Part shown: positions 23,571-27,681 of the stretch, one piece after another | Position numbering within the stretch: position 1 is the first letter of the stretch | Layout of the letters: each line of letters opens with the position of its first letter | Assembly (NCBI GenBank): GCA_046714535.1 | Contig: JBKKAT010000853.1 | Span: 1-27,681, forward strand | Direction: 5' to 3' | DNA length: 27,681 bases | DNA from: Acidobacteriota bacterium | GTDB taxonomy: Bacteria; Acidobacteriota; HRBIN11; JAKEFK01 | The notes under the pieces: model-generated | Databases searched by the model: none | Seen by the model: the letters and a program-made list of their open reading frames with translations, nothing else | What the model was told of the DNA's origin: nothing | Position numbers and translations under genes: made by a program

Positions 23571-25628
23571 TTACTCCTTTGTGCCGGCTTCCGGAAGGGC
23601 TTTCTCTGCTGCTCGAAGTAACGCATCGGGACCGACCGGGGCGCCGGTTGCTTCTTTCATCCACAAATCCGGAGCGATGCGGCCTATTTTGCTGATCCGT
23701 TCAAATTCCGGACCGATCTTTCCCGTCTGATTCATTTTCTCTCCGATCTGGAAAGCGATCATACGACCAATTGGATAATCGGGAAGATACAGTAATCTTT
23801 GAATCATGTGCGAGTAGATGCCGAGCAGAACGACATCCTTTGTTTTGAAAACGGGCGCGTAATATCGATTCCAGATGTCTTTCGAAATTTGTATGGTTGC
23901 ATCGCGCAATTGATCGGGGGTTGCTTTGGGATTGTCATACATCCAGCGCCAAACCTCCATATCGACAAGCGCCACTCCCGCTATTTCGTAGGCATTCCAG
24001 AAATCATTCAAGGCCTGCAGGGCAAGCCCGGAGGAGTCCGGTTTGGTCAGGCCGAGTAATTCCAGATCCCGCGCCTGGAAAACAAAAGCCAGCGCTTCCG
24101 TGAAGGCGGTATTCGGAACTCCTCTCAGCAAATAGTAATCGATGTCGTACAGTGAAAAGGTTTGCTCCACATTATGACCAAGTTCGTGGATCGCAATGTT
24201 ATAACCCTTGTAATTCATTCCGGTCTTCTCCACGCGCGTGCGCAAATGCGATTTGTCACCGCGCCGCTCGGCTCCCCAGGCGTGACCGGATCCCCGCGCC
24301 GGATCTACTACAATTTTAGAAGCAACGTGTTCGGCCCGGTCTTTTTCGAACCCCAGTTTTTGAAGAATATTGGGAATGTCTGCTTCGAAGGCTTTGGGAT
24401 TCGGATACTTTTTCGCCACCATTTCATCCAGCTCTTTTTCGGAGTATTGCTCTTTTGCTTTGAACCCCGCGTACCAGATATCAAAGGGTTCGAGTTTGCG
24501 TTTGAGCCGCGCCTCAACCGCAGCGGCAATTTTGGGAACCAGTGGTGATGAAACGATTTGAATCAGCATTTCGCGCATTCGTTTTTCCGGAATCTCGCGC
24601 TCCTCATTGAATTTGCGGTCGATCAAGGTTGGGGCGGTCGGCGAAAAAGGATCTTCTTTCCGGTTGGCTAAAAAATTATTCAGTAATTTTTCGTAACGGC
24701 GATTTTTTTCCGGTTCATCCGAAATCTTCAAATCGCCAGGCGCCGCTGAATCAGAATCCTGAACAGCGGCTTTTTTCACTTCGTTTGTATAAGGGTTCCA
24801 ATCCACATGCGGATTGTTGACTACACTCCGCGGAATCGTCTGATCCACAATTCTTTCCATCACTTTCTGGATCATTCGTTGTTTCTCCAGGCCTTGCGGG
24901 TCCGCATAATTTGATTTCAGTTCATCCCGCAAATTCCAGTGAGAGAGCAATCTCAGTTTAGGCGGGAACAAACGGTTCCCTTTCGGATCAAGCAAATGAT
25001 GCATCCAGATGTTGTATTCAGAAATATACAGGTCAGAGTGGGCCGACGCTTTTCCGATCTCTGCATTTACTTCGGCGGGAACTCTCCGCGAAAAAGTCTG
25101 CGCGAGTCTGGCTTCTGCCCATTGACGCCTGGACCACTTTTCGCCCTTTAATCTCTGGTCGAGTGTGGTCAGGGGGAAATTGAGAAGCGTGACAAACGCA
25201 AGCTTGTTTGCGAAGAAGTCATCATTCACATGAGCGTTCGGATCATACGCGCCCAGAATTTCATCGATGGGCAATATCGGTCCGATCTCCAGGTCCGATT
25301 GCTCGCGAAAAGAAACACTGATTTCATGGTGATGTCCAAATAACGCTTCGAACGCAGATTCAAGACGCTTGAACGTTTCGTCCAAAGTTTTCTGGTCGGC
25401 AATGAAATCATTTCGCACGAACTCTTCGAAAGCGGCGGCATCCCCATCGGAATCCCGCCAGTATTCCGAAGCCTGACGCACACCTTTTTGAATCCGGTCG
25501 CGTGAAGACTCTCCGTGTTTTTTGATCAGCTCTTGTTCCATTTTAGCCACCGAAGATTTCAGGTTTATGGTTTCAGCGAAAGCGAAGGAGGTCACTAAAA
25601 GTGCAACTGTAATAAAAATTTTAAGCAT
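23571..25628 (-). CDS. Secreted putative gluzincin metallopeptidase (M2/M3/M32-like)
   Basis: Signal peptide from MLKIF (25628); HELGH followed by AFTEALA, with the Glu 30 residues after the first His. Confidence 0.65.
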   Translation of the reverse strand: MLKIFITVALLVTSFAFAETINLKSSVAKMEQELIKKHGESSRDRIQKGVRQASEYWRDSDGDAAAFEEFVRNDFIADQKTLDETFKRLESAFEALFGHHHEISVSFREQSDLEIGPILPIDEILGAYDPNAHVNDDFFANKLAFVTLLNFPLTTLDQRLKGEKWSRRQWAEARLAQTFSRRVPAEVNAEIGKASAHSDLYISEYNIWMHHLLDPKGNRLFPPKLRLLSHWNLRDELKSNYADPQGLEKQRMIQKVMERIVDQTIPRSVVNNPHVDWNPYTNEVKKAAVQDSDSAAPGDLKISDEPEKNRRYEKLLNNFLANRKEDPFSPTAPTLIDRKFNEEREIPEKRMREMLIQIVSSPLVPKIAAAVEARLKRKLEPFDIWYAGFKAKEQYSEKELDEMVAKKYPNPKAFEADIPNILQKLGFEKDRAEHVASKIVVDPARGSGHAWGAERRGDKSHLRTRVEKTGMNYKGYNIAIHELGHNVEQTFSLYDIDYYLLRGVPNTAFTEALAFVFQARDLELLGLTKPDSSGLALQALNDFWNAYEIAGVALVDMEVWRWMYDNPKATPDQLRDATIQISKDIWNRYYAPVFKTKDVVLLGIYSHMIQRLLYLPDYPIGRMIAFQIGEKMNQTGKIGPEFERISKIGRIAPDLWMKEATGAPVGPDALLRAAEKALPEAGTKE

Positions 25629-25640
25629 AAAACAATCCAT

Positions 25641-25690
25641 GCGGACGAAACGTCCGCGGTCCATCATGCAGGCAAGACGCCTGCGGTTCA
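25641..25690. repeat. Tandem pair of REP-like palindromes
   Basis: GCGGACG-AAA-CGTCCGC-GGTCCA and GCAGGCA-AGA-CGCCTGC-GGTTCA. Confidence 0.7.
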
Positions 25691-26668
25691 TTACAAACCC
25701 AGTTTTTGCAGTTTTTTGTTGAGTGTATTGCGGTGTAAGCCAAGTATCTCGGCAGCTTTGTTCTTATTTCCTTTTGATTTTTTCAGGGTATATTGAAACA
25801 ACGATTGCTCCAGGTGAGGCAAAAGCAATCTGTAAAGATTGCCTGCTGCTGTAGATGTGGAATTCTGCACATAAGATGTCAATTTCGAGTTGAGAAACAG
25901 CGCAAGTTTTTCAAAAGCTTTGCCGTCTCCTGCTGTCCGGCTTTCAAAACTGGGCAGATGTTCTGCTCTGATATAGCTTCCCCGGCAGTTCGAGAGCGCA
26001 AATTCCATCGTTTTTTTCAGCTCATCCAGATTTTCAGGCCAGTCGTGAGCGATGAGCAATTCCGTGGCCTCGGGTGAAAGTTCTTTGCGGGAAACTTTTC
26101 GTTCGGTTGCCAGTTTTTCCAAAAAATGATGAGCGTAAATAGGAATATCTTCTTTGTGATCCCTTAATGGTGGCACATACAACGGTAAGAAGTTCCAGTC
26201 ATAGTAAAGATCGAGGGGTATTTTCCCCTCTTCCAGCTCTTGCCGGAAATCCTGATCTGTAGACACAATGAAACGAAAATGATGATCCCGGTCCCTGTTG
26301 GTATGGGAACACTTGTATCTTTTCGCTTTGTGAATGGTGAGCAACTGCTGATGCGCAAACAGCGAAAGAGAGGTCCAATGAGGAATGTAAAAAGTGGAAT
26401 CGAAGGGATGATTCTCATCGATTCCCAGCAATTCCTCCTGTGTGGAATCCCGCACTTCATTTCCGGGAATGATATAAAAAGGGGAAGCACTGCGGTGACT
26501 GTAATAGTGCAGTGCGCGGGCTACCGTCTTTTTACCGGAGCCTCTTTCTCCGATGATCAAGACTCCACAATCGATATTACAAAGCCGGCCGATCATTTTA
26601 TAGACCTGATGCATGATGTCGGTTTTGCCCAACAAAAGCAGCTTATCGATGGTCAGTTCAGCCGGCAT
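25691..26668 (-). CDS. Degenerate sigma-54-activator-like AAA+ protein with a Fis-type HTH and no sensory domain
   Basis: GVLIIGERGSGK, RFIVSTDQD, PPLRDHKEDI, HDWPENLDEL; C-terminal GNKNKAAEILGLHRNTLNKKL. Confidence 0.85.
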   Translation of the reverse strand: MPAELTIDKLLLLGKTDIMHQVYKMIGRLCNIDCGVLIIGERGSGKKTVARALHYYSHRSASPFYIIPGNEVRDSTQEELLGIDENHPFDSTFYIPHWTSLSLFAHQQLLTIHKAKRYKCSHTNRDRDHHFRFIVSTDQDFRQELEEGKIPLDLYYDWNFLPLYVPPLRDHKEDIPIYAHHFLEKLATERKVSRKELSPEATELLIAHDWPENLDELKKTMEFALSNCRGSYIRAEHLPSFESRTAGDGKAFEKLALFLNSKLTSYVQNSTSTAAGNLYRLLLPHLEQSLFQYTLKKSKGNKNKAAEILGLHRNTLNKKLQKLGL

Positions 26669-26671
26669 GTA

Positions 26672-27610
26672 TCAGTTTTCAGCGGGTTTATTGATGACCA
26701 CGAAGCTTTGTTTACGCAGGTCTTCCATGAATGCTTTCTGATATTTTTCGGCTCGTTCCTGCAGCAGGATGTTATAGATTTGGGAGCGTGCTTCCTCAAG
26801 GGGAATTGCCTTGGGTTCCGTACGGTCTTCCACCAGAAAGATGGCCCATCCGGAAGGCACTTCCAGCAAATCGGTGTAAGAACCGACGGCCGTTGCATCC
26901 AGAATCTTTACCACTTTGGGATCCAGCTCAGAAGCAGTCACGATTGAGCTTTCATCAACTTTCATATGAGGAAAATTTTCTGCGGTCAGCTCCATCTTGT
27001 TTTTCAAAACGTTCAGTAGCGAGCGTGCTTCTGCGTTCAGAACTCCTTTTTCAACTTCTTCGCCTGTGATCGTGTACCTTTTGATCTTGATCACCGGTGG
27101 CGTCATCAATTCGGATTTATGTTCTTCATAGTGATTCTTGATTTCATCTTCGGTGATATTCACTTTGCCCTGAACATAATTCCACAAAATGCGCTGTTGA
27201 ATAATCCGCCTGCGAAAATCTTCACGCAACTGAGCTACGGAAGAACCTTCCTTTTGCAAAGCGGCTTCCAGACCTGCATCGTCCGGGATGTTGTTCTCTT
27301 CTCTCAAACGCTGGACGGCAGCTTTGATTTCCTCTTCCACGTTCAAATCCAGCTCGCGCGCCTTCTGCTCCAGGAGCTTCTGGTTGATGAGAAAATCAAG
27401 CAGTTCCTTTCTTGATTTGGCGAATTGAGTTTCCAGTTCCTGCCCCTGGAACTGCTTGCTCATGGTTTCGTACAAACGCCCCTCTTCTCTTTGGTAATCG
27501 CTCCGGGTAATGATTTCATTTCCAACACGGGCGACAATTTCCTCCACAACGGCCGCAGCGGCAAGCTGAACGGCCACCAGAATAAATAAGAATGAAAACA
27601 GTTTGCTCAT
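26672..27610 (-). CDS. SurA-like periplasmic chaperone (SurA N-domain plus degenerate parvulin domain)
   Basis: Signal peptide from MSKLF; VVEEIVARVGNEIITRSD; ITEDEIKNHYEEH...; LEEARSQI...DLRKQSFV. Confidence 0.85.
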   Translation of the reverse strand: MSKLFSFLFILVAVQLAAAAVVEEIVARVGNEIITRSDYQREEGRLYETMSKQFQGQELETQFAKSRKELLDFLINQKLLEQKARELDLNVEEEIKAAVQRLREENNIPDDAGLEAALQKEGSSVAQLREDFRRRIIQQRILWNYVQGKVNITEDEIKNHYEEHKSELMTPPVIKIKRYTITGEEVEKGVLNAEARSLLNVLKNKMELTAENFPHMKVDESSIVTASELDPKVVKILDATAVGSYTDLLEVPSGWAIFLVEDRTEPKAIPLEEARSQIYNILLQERAEKYQKAFMEDLRKQSFVVINKPAEN

Positions 27611-27636
27611 GAAAAAATCTCCAAAGGGATTTTTGG

Positions 27637-27645
27637 ATTCTAGCA
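27637..27645 (-). promoter_or_regulatory. Possible extended -10 promoter upstream of the SurA-like gene
   Basis: TGCTAGAAT on the minus strand, the same 9-mer as at 9307-9315. Confidence 0.4.
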
Positions 27646-27681
27646 CGATGCCAGTTCGTTCAGCAATCGATGCAGAGTCTC
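27640..27681 (-). CDS. Possible 3' end of an upstream gene (ETLHRLLNELASC*), product unknown
   Basis: Only 13 codons and a TAG are visible. Confidence 0.3.
   Translation of the reverse strand, partial: ETLHRLLNELASC

Noticed and set aside
23539-23664. Longer ORF-track starts (23664; also 25691 for the peptidase, 27646, 906 and 4962)
   Set aside because: They overlap neighbouring genes, repeats or promoters. The downstream ATGs give normal signal peptides or coupled starts.
1-27681. CRISPR array, tRNA or rRNA genes
   Set aside because: I saw no regularly spaced repeat-spacer series and no recognisable tRNA or rRNA motifs.
27640-27681. Naming the upstream partial gene mfd
   Set aside because: Only 13 residues are visible, and remembered synteny is not enough evidence.

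Overview
A gene-dense bacterial window of about 22 genes, mostly secreted, lipoprotein or membrane products. Gene content and REP-like hairpins suggest Acidobacteriota or a similar lineage (inference only). In order: a truncated GAF/sigma-54 activator facing away from a putative sigma-54 operon of three secreted proteins (BNR/Asp-box, FG-GAP, Cys-rich GH-A-like); an RHH/PIN toxin-antitoxin pair between 26-bp direct repeats; a membrane protein with a prokaryotic RING-like finger; and an SGNH hydrolase. The centre is a putative surface-modification locus with three PKD lipoproteins sharing an unrecognised 6-Cys C-terminal domain, two GT-C-type glycosyltransferases, two Thr-type sulfatase-like lipoproteins and two small TM/winged-helix-like paralogs. 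The right end holds an operon of a SurA-like chaperone, a degenerate sigma-54 activator, a gluzincin-like peptidase and the second sulfatase-like gene. The most striking structure is a 548-bp transposase-free element (13248-13795) bounded by perfect 35-bp inverted repeats built from AAAATDA heptamers. It carries a four-helix-bundle gene and a third internal heptamer array that allows alternative pairing. A rod-like ncRNA candidate lies at about 19806-20003. All domain calls come from motifs read by eye; no searches were run.
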